A program made the position numbers and the translations under genes. Below are positions 1-11,880 of a stretch of DNA of 64,000 bases, in pieces (positions within the stretch are counted from its first letter, which is position 1; each line of letters starts with the position of its first letter). The notes beneath the pieces were generated by a model. The model was not told the DNA's origin and did not search any database. It worked only from the letters and a program-made list of their open reading frames with translations. This DNA comes from a virus. Lineage: Duplodnaviria; Caudoviricetes. Location of the stretch: positions 14,778 through 78,777 of the IMG/VR virus record IMGVR_UViG_3300010151_000010; one strand, given 5' to 3'.

Positions 1-1
1 A

Positions 2-3000
2 GTCAGAAGCGTTGCTGAGTTTGAGGAAGATAGTGTTCTTAGAGCAGTATCTGATACAGTAAGTGGAAAGAATCACAACACAATAAACAATGAATCTTTC
101 TCGCTCAAGGGTTCATCTTCCACACTTGTGAAAGGTCTCAGAGTTGGCAGTAGAGCAACCTCTCGTATCAATTTCGGAGGACTGGTAGCCAGTGGAGTGC
201 CCGGTTGGGCGCCAGATGCTGGGATTTGGGGCTTCGGAAAGATTGGAGATACCAAGTTCAATAAGCGATACGGTTCATCTTCGGTGACATCATACAGCAG
301 TCATGTGCCAACTGTAGATAAGTTGTCTGACGCAATAGGTAGCGGTCAATTATACGGTTTTAGACTCAAGGACAATGTTGGTTCTGAGTCTGGGCTAAGG
401 TTCGTATATCGGAAGATGGGTGATTCTTTCGCCAATGAGAACACCACCTTACCTTCAACAATAGAGGAGGAGGTCTGCGTTTTCTTTGATGATAGAGACG
501 TAGCACAAGGCGGATTTACTGTCGGTAATCACATGCACGGCACAGGAGACGCTACGGGTAGAATGGATTTTGGTGTATTGTCCATAGAATCGAGTTCGTG
601 GAAAGGAGCAAGATGGAGAGGAGTTCATGCTCCAAGTATTGCTGCTTACGTCGGCACGGCCGTATCGGGCACTAAAATGACGATAACGTTCCCTGCGCCT
701 TTCGATGCTGCATTTTCTGATGATAAATTAGGATATTTGGGCTTCCCAAGAGAAAACGGTCTGATACAGATTTCGGATATTGACGGCGATGGCGACGCTG
801 ATGTTGGTCTGACTCTCTCATACACAAGAAGGGATGGTAATGTATTCTACGGTATCACAGGTTTACCAAGTTGGACTGATACGAATTATCTCATCACTCC
901 TGTATTGAATTGGACTACTCTTGTCACTGACGAACTTATGGCTGCCGTAACTGCCGCCGCAATAAACGCTGGAAGGGAAGTAAATACCGAAGATGGGCAT
1001 ATCTTCGATTGTACTGAGATGTATGCGGCAGACGGGCGAACTTTCGGTGAATGGGGCGTCAGCGAAAATGCTGTGCGCATTCGGGCATACAATACTCAGA
1101 AGCCGGTAATTCCTCTAAATGAGGCGTTTTCTGCTACTCTTCATCGTGACTTTGGCATTCAAGCGGCTCATCTTGAGTTCGGAGAGGTCAAAAAGGTTAC
1201 AAGACCCACAGGTACTGCTGACTGGGACTTCGATACCGGGTCGAATTATGCCACATCTCGTGCAGTCACAGACGCATTGATAGATGATAGCAGAGGCATA
1301 GACTGCGGCTACATCCCCTATACCCTCTTGCAGATTCGTTCCTTTGCACGTGGTCCTCATGCTAATACTGCAACACCTAATTTGGTCGATTCTAAGAATA
1401 CTCCAGTCAATATCAATGAATGGAGAGAGAATCTCAAGGGTATACGATATACGAGGTCGTCCGGCGACCATATCTTACCGCATATTGATACTCCACATTC
1501 TGTGCTAAATATGGGTTGGACTGCTATTCCTACTACGCCTAATCTGGTAACAGATTACGCTGCTGGATATCCAATAGGTTGGACAGATGCAATAGCGATA
1601 GACACAGGAAATTCTGCCAATATAGCAGTAGGAGACATAGTCGCTACGAATAATGGTAAGGTGGTAGGAGAGGTCACTGTAGTAAACGGCACTGCTTCAT
1701 TCACAATAGGTGGAGGAACTCAGACGAGTTTGCCTGATGGCAGTATCATAAACAAGAGATTGACTGGTTCTGCTGGTGGAGTAGGTTGGCTTACAAGCGC
1801 AACACTCGGCGCTGCCATGTTCCACTTTATGATACCCGCTGGAAATGATTCGGGTAATATCCCATCATTCGGAGAGAAAAAGAAAGTATGGTTGAATGAG
1901 AAGGATTCTCTTTTCGCTGAGAGTAAGAGGGGAGCGACCAGTTCAACCGTGCTTTCTTGGGACATCGAAAACGCTGAAGGTAACATAACAAGAGACGCAC
2001 CATATTGGAATAATCTTCTATCACTTAGCAATAACAGAGATTTCGATGGACTGCGCTCCATAGGTAGTGTCTTCTCAGAACCGGTTGTATATTTCAGAGG
2101 GGGAAAAAGCAGCAGCGACCACAGCGTGCCTCTTTACTTCGGAGGCGGATTCAGTGGCGTTACGCTCGATGTGAATGACGGCACTAATAATGACTACTCC
2201 ACATTCTACACACATCCATACGCTAATGGTCCAACGGGAGTGGCTGGTATACAGAACGCTAACGAGATATCTACCAGTTTCGCTATGATGGACTGCAATG
2301 CTATGTTTGCCTTCTTCCCCGGTGCGGCTCTCTGCAACCAACACAGAGGTAGTATCAATCCACCAGCATTCAATCGAGACAACATACTCTCACCAGATTT
2401 GGGTAGAGGGGGCTCACTTTACGCCAGCACAGGGGAGATAAAGGCCAAACCAGTTCCTCTCGTATTACGATTCACTCATCCTACAGCACGTTATGAAGAC
2501 CATGTTGATGGAGTAGATATCGACAACAAGACGACATATATCATCTTTGGACCGGGGCAGGCATTCCCATTCACACAGGAAGTCGCAGATGCTGCTTCGG
2601 GCCACAACACACTGGAGCCTTTCTCTGGTAGAATCATCTATACTGGTAATTCTTGGGCAAGCGTGCCCTCTTTAGGCGGTTCTAACAATAAGTTCCCGAA
2701 CTCGATAGTCAATGACCAAGGAAAGTATAGACCGCACTCAAAATCATACTACAATGCTACTGCTGGCTTCCATTGGAAAGCGATGGTGAATTGGGAGACT
2801 CCTGCTGGATATTGTTGGAAGAACTCGGCTAACAGTGGTAGTGCGGGCCTGTTCCAGAGGCCGGAGCATGGTAGGATGTATGGTCAGTTATTGAATGACG
2901 ACTCAATACACAATGCAGAGGATTTCGAGCAAGTGCATCCTAAAATGCATGTTCCACTTATCGGTTACGGCATTACGATGGGTGCCGATACGGTATTCCA

Positions 3001-6000
3001 TATGGATGGGGGTTTCCACGCAGGTGGGTCTTGGTTAGATAATCAGTTTACGTTTAATCCAGTTCATCCAAAGAAGAATACTCGGATTACTGGTGGTAAT
3101 TCATCAAGCACATGGACAAGAGATAACCAGATTCATCCTACTGCTTTCAGAGTCGCTGGACCCTTGATGGCTACAATACAGGATTATATCGGTAGTAGCA
3201 CAGATTTCTCAATTGGAAACACCAAGAACGAATACATCCTGATAGATGGGACAAGATGTCAGAATGGAGAAGAACTCGCAACTGTAGTAGGAGCAGCCAT
3301 CAACGCTTTCCCCGGTGCTGGAGCACTCAAGAGTATGGGAGGCACTCACATGCCTTCTATGGGTAATGCAATGCGACAAGACCGCTATGGATGGGTAGAT
3401 TTAGGCACTGTTGGCTCTTACAATCATAGCACCTATCCGCAATATGTCGAAAGCGCCGTAAATGCCAGCCAAACACTATTGGAACAGATTCCCGCTTCGG
3501 GTTGGCTGAGAGTCAATACCGATGATGACAGTGAAGGGGATTCTGTGGACCCCGGTTGGGCGGTGTATCACTCTCGTGACGTAATTGCTTCAGGAGGTGA
3601 TTGGAAAGTAAGATTCCATCTTGCACCTAATGCGATAAGAGGCCAGACTGTATTTGAGTATGATACTACATGGGCTAATCACAAAGCAAGCAATGCAAAT
3701 AGCAATCCTACGACTTTGAGTGGTAATCTGTATGTTTGGAGTAAAGCCGGAATAATGCAATTCAACAACGAAGATGTAAGTGCACGAGACCACATGACGC
3801 AAGTTCACTTCTCAGGCATAGTTGATGCAATAGACAGGACGAGGCCAGTAGGTGTGGCCGGTTGGCATGGAGAGCGGTATTCATATCTCAATAGTCTCAA
3901 GATAAGCACCAGCGTAACGAAGAATGATTCGACTACTACAGCAACCGGATATGCTGCTGGATTAGGAGCATATCATTCAATGCTGGGATTCTCACCATAC
4001 GGCTCTGCTGGTTCCGTTATGAGCACATACGGCACAGTTCCAGTAGTTGCTCCTATGCGACATAGTCCCGAAAGCACTCCTACCATCAATGGCGCAGGAG
4101 ATAACCTTGATACTTACATCACGAAGGCAAGTCTGTATACAAATTATACATTAGATGCTAATGGGCGAACACCTGCTAATGGACAAGGCTACTTCAAGGA
4201 CACAGATACTACGGATAACTCAAACCAATGGGCAAAACCCACAAATTACGAGATATCAACCACTTTACCAAAGGAACTCTCATTGCCACAGGGATTGTAT
4301 AGTAATGCATTCCTTGTAGTCAGTTACAACTCTGAAAGTTCTTTGATAGCGAAGTTCGATAGAGATGCAATTACGGCCACAGGTGATTGGTTACATGTTA
4401 AGGGCGAAGGAACTGACCCCATCCATTATGCTGGAACTACACTATGGGATGAAAGATTCCACGGTCAAGACCGCTTTATTGCACCTGCAAACGCTGGTCC
4501 TAATGTCGAGGCTCTAATTGTAGATAACACAACTGTTCCAACGATAGCAAATGCTCTCGCAGACAATTCCTCTGATGCTCCATTTAATGGCGATGTCGGG
4601 ACATATTTCCACGGTGCAGTATCAGATGACCTCAATCTCAAGAACGCAACACCCGGACGTGCTAAGACTGGTGATTTACTCTTCGATTTAGACTACTCTG
4701 TTGGTTCTGTGCTTCTTGAAAGTGAAGATGCAGAACGTAATGTATCTGATAACCATCAAGATATGGACGGCACTGGATATTCCTATACTGCAAGCGGGAA
4801 CTATCCTAACGAGTATTGGATGGGTGACGTGAATGCATTTGACATGTATAAAAACTCAGCAGCAAAAAACTTCTCAGTCGAACACATAGTTTGGAAAAGA
4901 ATGGATGGCGGCAATCTCAGTTTACCCACTATCAACGCACGAGGCCTTGGTGCAGTGCCGTGGATGACGAGGGTGAAGAATAACACAGCCTACACTACAG
5001 GAGAAAAATTGTATGGGAATGTTAGATTTACTTTCGAGACAACAAATAGCGCTATGTTACCTGTGTTACAAGCGCAGGAACTTGCACACCCTGAGTTGAT
5101 GAGGAAACACCCATACAAGATGGGGAATGTGCTTACTATACCGAATGAAGAGATACAATTCCAGAGTATTACTGTAACAGATGATGCGGGGCAAACACAC
5201 AAGATAGAGGGTGGTAGTCCGCTGGGGACTATCATACGTGGCTTCCGCACGCCGGAAAATCGTGGCGTGGAAGGCAACGGACCAGCACTCGCTAACTCTG
5301 GAAAGACTCCTAATCTCAAAGTGCAACTACCGAATCCCGATTCCATACCGGGAAATATCGTAGTGCGCTCAGGATTCGACCCACTGCAAGCCTATCAGAA
5401 CGAAACTATGGGAACAGGAGGTATGATACACCCAGATTTAGGTGCCGACACAATAGGCCATCTTTTCGATAACAGTGTAGTGGGGCCAAGAAAAGGACCG
5501 ACATACGAAGACCATAATTGGGAGAGAATAGACCCCATAACATTCGATTCTGAAGTAGGAGCATGGGTAAATAACGAGCCACTACATACGTCCTACGAAT
5601 TACATGATAGGACTCTATTCTTCCATGTCTGTAAGATGGGACACAGTCACACTCATCGTTATCCGACTATTTACAGTCATACTAACGGTGTGGTAAACGA
5701 TAGTGTATCGGTTACACAAACACTTGGTGCAAATAATTGGAATGCTGAGACTGGCGTTCTTACAATAGACGGGGCACTGAATACTGAGGTTTTCAATGCA
5801 GGATTTGGAACGAAAGAGGCGAAGGACGGAAGAAAGTTCCTCAGAGTGTATAATCCCATAACGGATGAAGGAGTTGTTTGCTCATATCTTGCTGAAAATG
5901 ATACAACCATGGAGATTGTAGGAGATGTTGATTTTACTGCCTTTATGGCGGAAAACACAACTACTGCTCTGAAAGTTGTTCCATCTTACTATATACCCGG

Positions 6001-9000
6001 TGGAAGCACGCGTTTCTTTGCGTCAAGACGCTTACGTGACCATGCTGAAGTATCTGGAAATTCCCCAGATATGGCCCATACGCGCTATTTTGCCAGTGAT
6101 ACGATAGCATACAATGCATACAGTAAACCAAAGATGACGCCTATGCCATATCCCAGAATGGGACATCACTTCATCACGCCCACAATGCCTATGCTGCCCG
6201 GACACTGGGCTCATCCTGCATATCAGAGTCTGTATAATCGTCATCTTGCTGATTACAACATGAGTGTTGGATTCACAGATTCCGCTCGTTTCGACGAACA
6301 CACCACTGCAATTAACAAGAAATCGGGTATCAACAATTCTATGGTAACGCAATATGGCGGAACAGAAAGCACGTCACTGCAAGACAATACTCATCCAATG
6401 GATGCTGAAATCAACTTCAGTGGCATAAACGCAGCACCTTCTGGCCCAAGCGATATTCATGGTGGAGCATTCACTTTGATGTTTGAAACAGGCTTGAAGT
6501 ATGACGGTTACGGTGTTTTGGCCTCTGCTGGTTCATTAGCGGGCGCAGTGAACAAAGCGGGCGGACATAGCATCGTTCTCGAAGCCGCAGCCAACTACAC
6601 ACTCGCAAAGCACTTCCCCGACCCTGCTGAAGTTGGAGCCTATCAAATCATCATACAACCAAATCTGTTCAATAACCAACTTGTTGGTTTCCACAACAAC
6701 ATCACTACAGAACTTACCAGTCAGCAAGTAAACACGGTAATAGGCATCAATGAGAGCACTGCAAAAGGCGGGCTAACATTAGTTTTGGCAAAAGCCACAC
6801 AAGCAGATGTGCGTGGTTGTGAGGTATTCATCAACGAAGCCATGCTCGATGTTAATCCTGATTTCGGTAGTCAATTCACGAATACGCCTCCACTAATGCT
6901 TCATAATGCACATGGAATACAGATGACGGAGTCTCCCGCATTTACAAGAAGAGGGTTTCCTTACTCAACTATGTTCTCAGACTCTTCGCCGGGTCACACA
7001 TTACACATACCATGGTGGAGTATACTTCACAAGAACGGAGTGCCCGCGTCTAACTTCCGAAAACTATCGCAATATGCACCAGATGATTACTTCATGTATT
7101 CAAGAAATGGGTTTGGAAGTATAGGCAATCAACAAACTATCAATGGATATACCTCAACATACCTCGACATATACTCCAAACTACAACAAATTGTCAGTCT
7201 CAATCCAAAATGCATTGTTGAATCCTTCAATACAGGTGGGACAATTACCGTAGACAATGCAAATCTATTCCCATTAACCTCTCATTACGCTCAGGAGATT
7301 GAATACACGGCAAAGAATGGGGATATCTATTCTAAACCGTATACAAAGAGAAGCGGTAATGATGCTGCAAATGTGAATGTGCCTAATACCATCTATTTGG
7401 CTGCTAAATCAGGTGCAGATAATTTCTGGGATAACATATACGATGGTGCAGAACTACGATTGTCGCATTCATACAATACATTATCTGCAAGTAAACTACT
7501 TACAGATAGAAAGAAGAGTGTATTTGCGAATATACTACCAGATATAGTGAATGGTAATCGTGATACATATTCATCTCATATACCAGATGCTTTCTTATGT
7601 ATGTGGCATCCTAATTTAGGAAGGCCAAATACATATTTTTCAGATAGTCGAACTACTTGGGGAAGTGTTGCTGTGGATAAAGCATCATATAATTCAATGC
7701 CAGAACACTTTGAGACTATACATTATCATGATTTTACACATGCTATGAGTGCTGGACCATTTGACTTCCTAATTATGACACCTAACATATCGAAGACAGG
7801 AGAAACAGTTGCTGCTACAACTGGCACTGACCACCAAGCAGGAGGAACCGATGTAATGTTGAGCGGTTTCTGGCCTTGTGGGAGTCGTGGCGGCCCTCAT
7901 GTCAGCAAACTTGACCTTTTCAGTTATGCAAGCGCATCTTGGAATGTGCACAATCACAGCGATGGAAATCCCAATTTCACTTCCAGCGACCTTCGAGAAT
8001 GGGTAGATAGCGATGATGACGGCAGTTATTCTGTCTCTTCAGGCATTACAACGGCCGCTATGGGGTCTTCTCGAAGAAAACCGTATGGCTACCGTAACGC
8101 TATACGTCAAGCCTGTAACAGGCCTACATACGGTCTCAGTCCGACCAGAGCAGTCTATGAGGCAAGCCCAACAGGGTCGGGCATTAAAACCCTTGATTAT
8201 GACGCTGGACCACTGGTTCAGACTGAAACTGCGACATGGACTTATGCAGGCGGTTCGGGACTTTCCAATGCGACTCATCCTACCACATATGTTGGAATTA
8301 TGGAAAGACAGACCAATTTCACAGGAATGCTGGCTCAAGACCAAGCGGACTGGCAAGTGCGTTATAGCGACGGTAGAAGGATGACCAGACCCTTTGGGAC
8401 TCCTGTGAGAACACTAACCAATAACGCAGGAACTCAAAGAGACTGGTGGGGAGATGAAGTGGCTATGGACAAAACAAGCCTATCTGAGGCCTCTCAGTAT
8501 TATCTGGTGGATTGGTGGGGCAACGAGCGCGGAGAGGACGTAAGGCGTGCTCCAGTGCGTGGATTCGGCATCAGACCGGCATGGGACTGTGGTGACGCTT
8601 ATGAGAACGACAGAAGGAATAGCAGAAGCCCATATCGGAGAATCTGGAATAACGCTAAACCGATTTTCAATATGAAGGGCGTGGCTGACTTATCTAACGG
8701 CAATGTGAGCGTGACGACTACGATACCGAGATTTGGTGGCACAAACAACGATGTGAATCTACACGCAACTAATACAGGTCATGATTTGGTAGATGTATTT
8801 GCGCCAACTCACTCTATGCGTGTAGGAGATATGGGTAATGGTCGCGGTGTGCGTTATCCAACGCGATTTAATGAGGATGTGCTTACTGAACTTTCGGCTC
8901 CTATCCATAAAACGGGTGTAGTCTTGAGTCATAATACTGCTGAACCTCTCTTCGGAGATGGTTTGCTGAGACCCCGTAACGCTATACTGCAAGCCGATGA

Positions 9001-10090
9001 AGTCAAGAGGGGGATTAGTGCTAAATTAGCGATAGACAGTAATGGGTTACTGAAGCCAGAGGCTGTCGCAAGTGATAGAATTGAAGAGTTTGTAGGCGTT
9101 TCTCCTCACAAGGATGCAATATCGAGAACAAGTCCCAGAATTGGAATAGACGCCGAAGTGACTGAAGGAATAGAGCAAAACCACATTGCTATCAATACTG
9201 AGGCGCATAGTCTTCATACAGACAGAAATGTAGGTCAGCGGGTCATTCTACACGGTGGATTCCAAGTTGGCACTAACACGATAGCCGACGTTGATTATAC
9301 AGGTGGCGCATTTGGAAGGCAGAATAATGGCTCTCCAGTAAGTGCAGTGCATCGCTATTCTCACACTAATGCATTCAGACCCTATGGCGGTTCCTATGTG
9401 TTAGATGCAAGTAATTATGCTGGGTTATTTGATGATACGAATTGGGGAGTGGCTTCATTGACGGGAAGTAATGATACGAGCAATCCATATCAAGATGCAG
9501 ATGACTACACCTCAAAATCAGTGAGAAACAACGAAAAAGACAAGAATGTAAAGTTCTTACTTCGACCAATTAGAACCTTAGACTCTAAACATACAGAGGT
9601 ATATCGCATTCATAATTCAATTGTTACTGGCACTCCTCAATACGACCAGAATTACCTTTTTGCATCGTCTGGTGGAAAATATGGTCTCTTTACGTATGAA
9701 GTTAGTAATGGAAGAGCAGCCACTGGGAATCTGGCATCTGGAAGAAGCCTACCGGACGGCAATGGACCCTACTTGCCAGTATTCGTATTCGACCCCACAG
9801 GGGCTTTCACGACACCAACGAGTTTCGGTCCTAAACTACCCGGAACAGAAGTTTCTGGATTCGACAAGGAGAGTCTAAACTCAACAGTGAGTAGATTAGT
9901 CATTTCTGATAATACGCTACAACATCATCGTTCCGATGCTCCAAGAAGGCGGCAAGAAGAAGATACAGATGACGAAATGAAGCGAATGGACTTCTCTGTT
10001 AAGCCAAGATTTAGTCAAGCGTTGCATTCTAAGGGGCACAAAGGGGACATTTCATTTAGCATCACGGACCATAGTGGGGATGGAGCATGA
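2..10090 (+). CDS. Giant virion structural (tail-associated) protein, 5'-partial, >3360 aa
   Basis: The frame is open from base 2 to the stop at 10090 with no stop upstream of the track's GTG at 128. G/S/T/D/N-rich, and the first gene of a co-oriented tail/fibre cluster. Function inferred from context. Confidence 0.6.
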   Translation, partial: VRSVAEFEEDSVLRAVSDTVSGKNHNTINNESFSLKGSSSTLVKGLRVGSRATSRINFGGLVASGVPGWAPDAGIWGFGKIGDTKFNKRYGSSSVTSYSSHVPTVDKLSDAIGSGQLYGFRLKDNVGSESGLRFVYRKMGDSFANENTTLPSTIEEEVCVFFDDRDVAQGGFTVGNHMHGTGDATGRMDFGVLSIESSSWKGARWRGVHAPSIAAYVGTAVSGTKMTITFPAPFDAAFSDDKLGYLGFPRENGLIQISDIDGDGDADVGLTLSYTRRDGNVFYGITGLPSWTDTNYLITPVLNWTTLVTDELMAAVTAAAINAGREVNTEDGHIFDCTEMYAADGRTFGEWGVSENAVRIRAYNTQKPVIPLNEAFSATLHRDFGIQAAHLEFGEVKKVTRPTGTADWDFDTGSNYATSRAVTDALIDDSRGIDCGYIPYTLLQIRSFARGPHANTATPNLVDSKNTPVNINEWRENLKGIRYTRSSGDHILPHIDTPHSVLNMGWTAIPTTPNLVTDYAAGYPIGWTDAIAIDTGNSANIAVGDIVATNNGKVVGEVTVVNGTASFTIGGGTQTSLPDGSIINKRLTGSAGGVGWLTSATLGAAMFHFMIPAGNDSGNIPSFGEKKKVWLNEKDSLFAESKRGATSSTVLSWDIENAEGNITRDAPYWNNLLSLSNNRDFDGLRSIGSVFSEPVVYFRGGKSSSDHSVPLYFGGGFSGVTLDVNDGTNNDYSTFYTHPYANGPTGVAGIQNANEISTSFAMMDCNAMFAFFPGAALCNQHRGSINPPAFNRDNILSPDLGRGGSLYASTGEIKAKPVPLVLRFTHPTARYEDHVDGVDIDNKTTYIIFGPGQAFPFTQEVADAASGHNTLEPFSGRIIYTGNSWASVPSLGGSNNKFPNSIVNDQGKYRPHSKSYYNATAGFHWKAMVNWETPAGYCWKNSANSGSAGLFQRPEHGRMYGQLLNDDSIHNAEDFEQVHPKMHVPLIGYGITMGADTVFHMDGGFHAGGSWLDNQFTFNPVHPKKNTRITGGNSSSTWTRDNQIHPTAFRVAGPLMATIQDYIGSSTDFSIGNTKNEYILIDGTRCQNGEELATVVGAAINAFPGAGALKSMGGTHMPSMGNAMRQDRYGWVDLGTVGSYNHSTYPQYVESAVNASQTLLEQIPASGWLRVNTDDDSEGDSVDPGWAVYHSRDVIASGGDWKVRFHLAPNAIRGQTVFEYDTTWANHKASNANSNPTTLSGNLYVWSKAGIMQFNNEDVSARDHMTQVHFSGIVDAIDRTRPVGVAGWHGERYSYLNSLKISTSVTKNDSTTTATGYAAGLGAYHSMLGFSPYGSAGSVMSTYGTVPVVAPMRHSPESTPTINGAGDNLDTYITKASLYTNYTLDANGRTPANGQGYFKDTDTTDNSNQWAKPTNYEISTTLPKELSLPQGLYSNAFLVVSYNSESSLIAKFDRDAITATGDWLHVKGEGTDPIHYAGTTLWDERFHGQDRFIAPANAGPNVEALIVDNTTVPTIANALADNSSDAPFNGDVGTYFHGAVSDDLNLKNATPGRAKTGDLLFDLDYSVGSVLLESEDAERNVSDNHQDMDGTGYSYTASGNYPNEYWMGDVNAFDMYKNSAAKNFSVEHIVWKRMDGGNLSLPTINARGLGAVPWMTRVKNNTAYTTGEKLYGNVRFTFETTNSAMLPVLQAQELAHPELMRKHPYKMGNVLTIPNEEIQFQSITVTDDAGQTHKIEGGSPLGTIIRGFRTPENRGVEGNGPALANSGKTPNLKVQLPNPDSIPGNIVVRSGFDPLQAYQNETMGTGGMIHPDLGADTIGHLFDNSVVGPRKGPTYEDHNWERIDPITFDSEVGAWVNNEPLHTSYELHDRTLFFHVCKMGHSHTHRYPTIYSHTNGVVNDSVSVTQTLGANNWNAETGVLTIDGALNTEVFNAGFGTKEAKDGRKFLRVYNPITDEGVVCSYLAENDTTMEIVGDVDFTAFMAENTTTALKVVPSYYIPGGSTRFFASRRLRDHAEVSGNSPDMAHTRYFASDTIAYNAYSKPKMTPMPYPRMGHHFITPTMPMLPGHWAHPAYQSLYNRHLADYNMSVGFTDSARFDEHTTAINKKSGINNSMVTQYGGTESTSLQDNTHPMDAEINFSGINAAPSGPSDIHGGAFTLMFETGLKYDGYGVLASAGSLAGAVNKAGGHSIVLEAAANYTLAKHFPDPAEVGAYQIIIQPNLFNNQLVGFHNNITTELTSQQVNTVIGINESTAKGGLTLVLAKATQADVRGCEVFINEAMLDVNPDFGSQFTNTPPLMLHNAHGIQMTESPAFTRRGFPYSTMFSDSSPGHTLHIPWWSILHKNGVPASNFRKLSQYAPDDYFMYSRNGFGSIGNQQTINGYTSTYLDIYSKLQQIVSLNPKCIVESFNTGGTITVDNANLFPLTSHYAQEIEYTAKNGDIYSKPYTKRSGNDAANVNVPNTIYLAAKSGADNFWDNIYDGAELRLSHSYNTLSASKLLTDRKKSVFANILPDIVNGNRDTYSSHIPDAFLCMWHPNLGRPNTYFSDSRTTWGSVAVDKASYNSMPEHFETIHYHDFTHAMSAGPFDFLIMTPNISKTGETVAATTGTDHQAGGTDVMLSGFWPCGSRGGPHVSKLDLFSYASASWNVHNHSDGNPNFTSSDLREWVDSDDDGSYSVSSGITTAAMGSSRRKPYGYRNAIRQACNRPTYGLSPTRAVYEASPTGSGIKTLDYDAGPLVQTETATWTYAGGSGLSNATHPTTYVGIMERQTNFTGMLAQDQADWQVRYSDGRRMTRPFGTPVRTLTNNAGTQRDWWGDEVAMDKTSLSEASQYYLVDWWGNERGEDVRRAPVRGFGIRPAWDCGDAYENDRRNSRSPYRRIWNNAKPIFNMKGVADLSNGNVSVTTTIPRFGGTNNDVNLHATNTGHDLVDVFAPTHSMRVGDMGNGRGVRYPTRFNEDVLTELSAPIHKTGVVLSHNTAEPLFGDGLLRPRNAILQADEVKRGISAKLAIDSNGLLKPEAVASDRIEEFVGVSPHKDAISRTSPRIGIDAEVTEGIEQNHIAINTEAHSLHTDRNVGQRVILHGGFQVGTNTIADVDYTGGAFGRQNNGSPVSAVHRYSHTNAFRPYGGSYVLDASNYAGLFDDTNWGVASLTGSNDTSNPYQDADDYTSKSVRNNEKDKNVKFLLRPIRTLDSKHTEVYRIHNSIVTGTPQYDQNYLFASSGGKYGLFTYEVSNGRAATGNLASGRSLPDGNGPYLPVFVFDPTGAFTTPTSFGPKLPGTEVSGFDKESLNSTVSRLVISDNTLQHHRSDAPRRRQEEDTDDEMKRMDFSVKPRFSQALHSKGHKGDISFSITDHSGDGA

Positions 10091-11532
10091 CGCTAATACA
10101 ATCTTCCGTTGGTCGTTTCGATACCACTCTTACTTCAGTAATGAACGATGTTAGACAGCCCGTATTCGTAGATAACGCAGTTCATTATGCTAAGATTCAG
10201 CCTCAAAGTAGCAATAAGAGCAAAATTACAATTGAGACAAGGAATGCTCAGAACTACGATTTAGCGACAGAAAAGACCTACACATTTGTAGAATCAGAAT
10301 CTGGTATGCATATCACTCATAACGAAACAGATGGGCATTCATTGAAAGGCACTATCTGGACAGGAAAAGGGAAAGACACGCCTACATCTCTGATGTATGG
10401 TGTGAATAAGCCGTCGAATAGAATCATAGGAGGTAGTAATGAAAGTACGACTTCTGGAGTAAGGGTGAATGTAAGGAACCTGAAAGGTAACACATTGAAG
10501 GATTTAGGATTCAATGAAGAAACACTGCGCTTTGGTCAAATTATAGATGTGGGGTTGAGAACAACGGATTTGGCAATGAAACTGGGTAATTCTATCACTG
10601 GCACCGTCACTGCTGTGACGATAGGCGATTCGCCTACAATAGCGAACTTGGGTAAAAATAGAAGAAAGGTAAGCAATACGTATCTTGCTGCAGATTTCAA
10701 TGGTGTTAATCTGCTATCTGCATTGAGATTCATCTCTCGTCATGATAACAGGATTTCGATATTCAATCGCTATGGCGCGCTACAATACGTGCCATTCAAC
10801 TTTTCAAACGGAATTAAACAACTAAACCCGCAATTTAGAAGTGGAAGTGAAGATAAGAGTCCAGTGGAAAATACAGAGAATCGAATTACTGTTCAAGGCG
10901 AGGCCATTGCTCTGAATGAGAAATTGATACTCACTATGGACGATGGCGCAAGACAGCAGGGTAAGTTCGATACGGACATTCTCGAAAACACCACACCAAT
11001 ATACGATGCGTCGATAAGCAGTGTGCAGAGTGCAAAGAAGGTCGCAAGACAGATATTGAAGGCAAACTCAATTATGAGAGGGGCTATTGTAACAAATGGA
11101 CATCCAGATGCTTGGGATTTGAGACCGGGTAGTGTAGTTGAATACGGCAACAATATGTATGTAGTAATGGAATCAAAGCATAAGTTGAGCGATAGGATGA
11201 GTGATTTCACATTCTTAACATTAGATACTGGCATAGAGGGCGTATTGCAGAGTATCACGAAAGGCAGCATCTCAAGAGGCTCAATTGAGAATCCAGATAA
11301 GAGTAGTCAGATTGTGGATGAGAATCTTTCCTTCTTTGATTCATTGGATGTTTTCATAACGCCGATAATCACATTAAGACAAGTGTCGTCTTCTGGCCTC
11401 ATAATTGGAAAAAATGCAAATAGAAGAGGGGTTGGAGGCGCAAACACCATCAATGATGGCATTACAACATATACCATCAAGCCTACAGGCTTGAACAAGA
11501 GTGCCGTAGTAATCATGCGAGGTGAAAGTTAA
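10087..11532 (+). CDS. Putative tail/baseplate hub-like protein (481 aa)
   Basis: ATGA overlap with the giant ORF. The C-terminal 'DLRPGSVVEY..YVVMESKHKL' resembles phage tail hub proteins. Context-based call. Confidence 0.45.
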   Translation: MTLIQSSVGRFDTTLTSVMNDVRQPVFVDNAVHYAKIQPQSSNKSKITIETRNAQNYDLATEKTYTFVESESGMHITHNETDGHSLKGTIWTGKGKDTPTSLMYGVNKPSNRIIGGSNESTTSGVRVNVRNLKGNTLKDLGFNEETLRFGQIIDVGLRTTDLAMKLGNSITGTVTAVTIGDSPTIANLGKNRRKVSNTYLAADFNGVNLLSALRFISRHDNRISIFNRYGALQYVPFNFSNGIKQLNPQFRSGSEDKSPVENTENRITVQGEAIALNEKLILTMDDGARQQGKFDTDILENTTPIYDASISSVQSAKKVARQILKANSIMRGAIVTNGHPDAWDLRPGSVVEYGNNMYVVMESKHKLSDRMSDFTFLTLDTGIEGVLQSITKGSISRGSIENPDKSSQIVDENLSFFDSLDVFITPIITLRQVSSSGLIIGKNANRRGVGGANTINDGITTYTIKPTGLNKSAVVIMRGES

Positions 11533-11876
11533 TGCCAGCGAACGACCATTTGAAGAGATTGATGATTGATACGATTGCATCGAACATCAATGAGATGGTA
11601 ATAGGATTCGATGGTACTCCGGCAACATCCAGTGATGGCTCTGCAGGTCGTCCTGCCGTTACCATCATTCCAACGGTAAAAGTGATTGATAATGCGACGC
11701 TTCTTGTCGAAGGAACACTCAGCACAGCCGATACATTCGATGAGACTTTGAAGGAAGTCTATGTCCAGTTACGCGGAGCGAGCGGTTTCACACCCATCAC
11801 AAGGCATGTTTTCAGGCCAATAGTGAAAAGTGCAAATAACGAAATGAAGATTCAATTAGTAGTAGAGGTGAAGTGA
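11532..11876 (+). CDS. Small tail/baseplate protein (114 aa)
   Basis: TAATG-coupled, beta-rich, lies between the hub-like gene and the fibre genes. Confidence 0.4.
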   Translation: MPANDHLKRLMIDTIASNINEMVIGFDGTPATSSDGSAGRPAVTIIPTVKVIDNATLLVEGTLSTADTFDETLKEVYVQLRGASGFTPITRHVFRPIVKSANNEMKIQLVVEVK

Positions 11877-11880
11877 GTAA

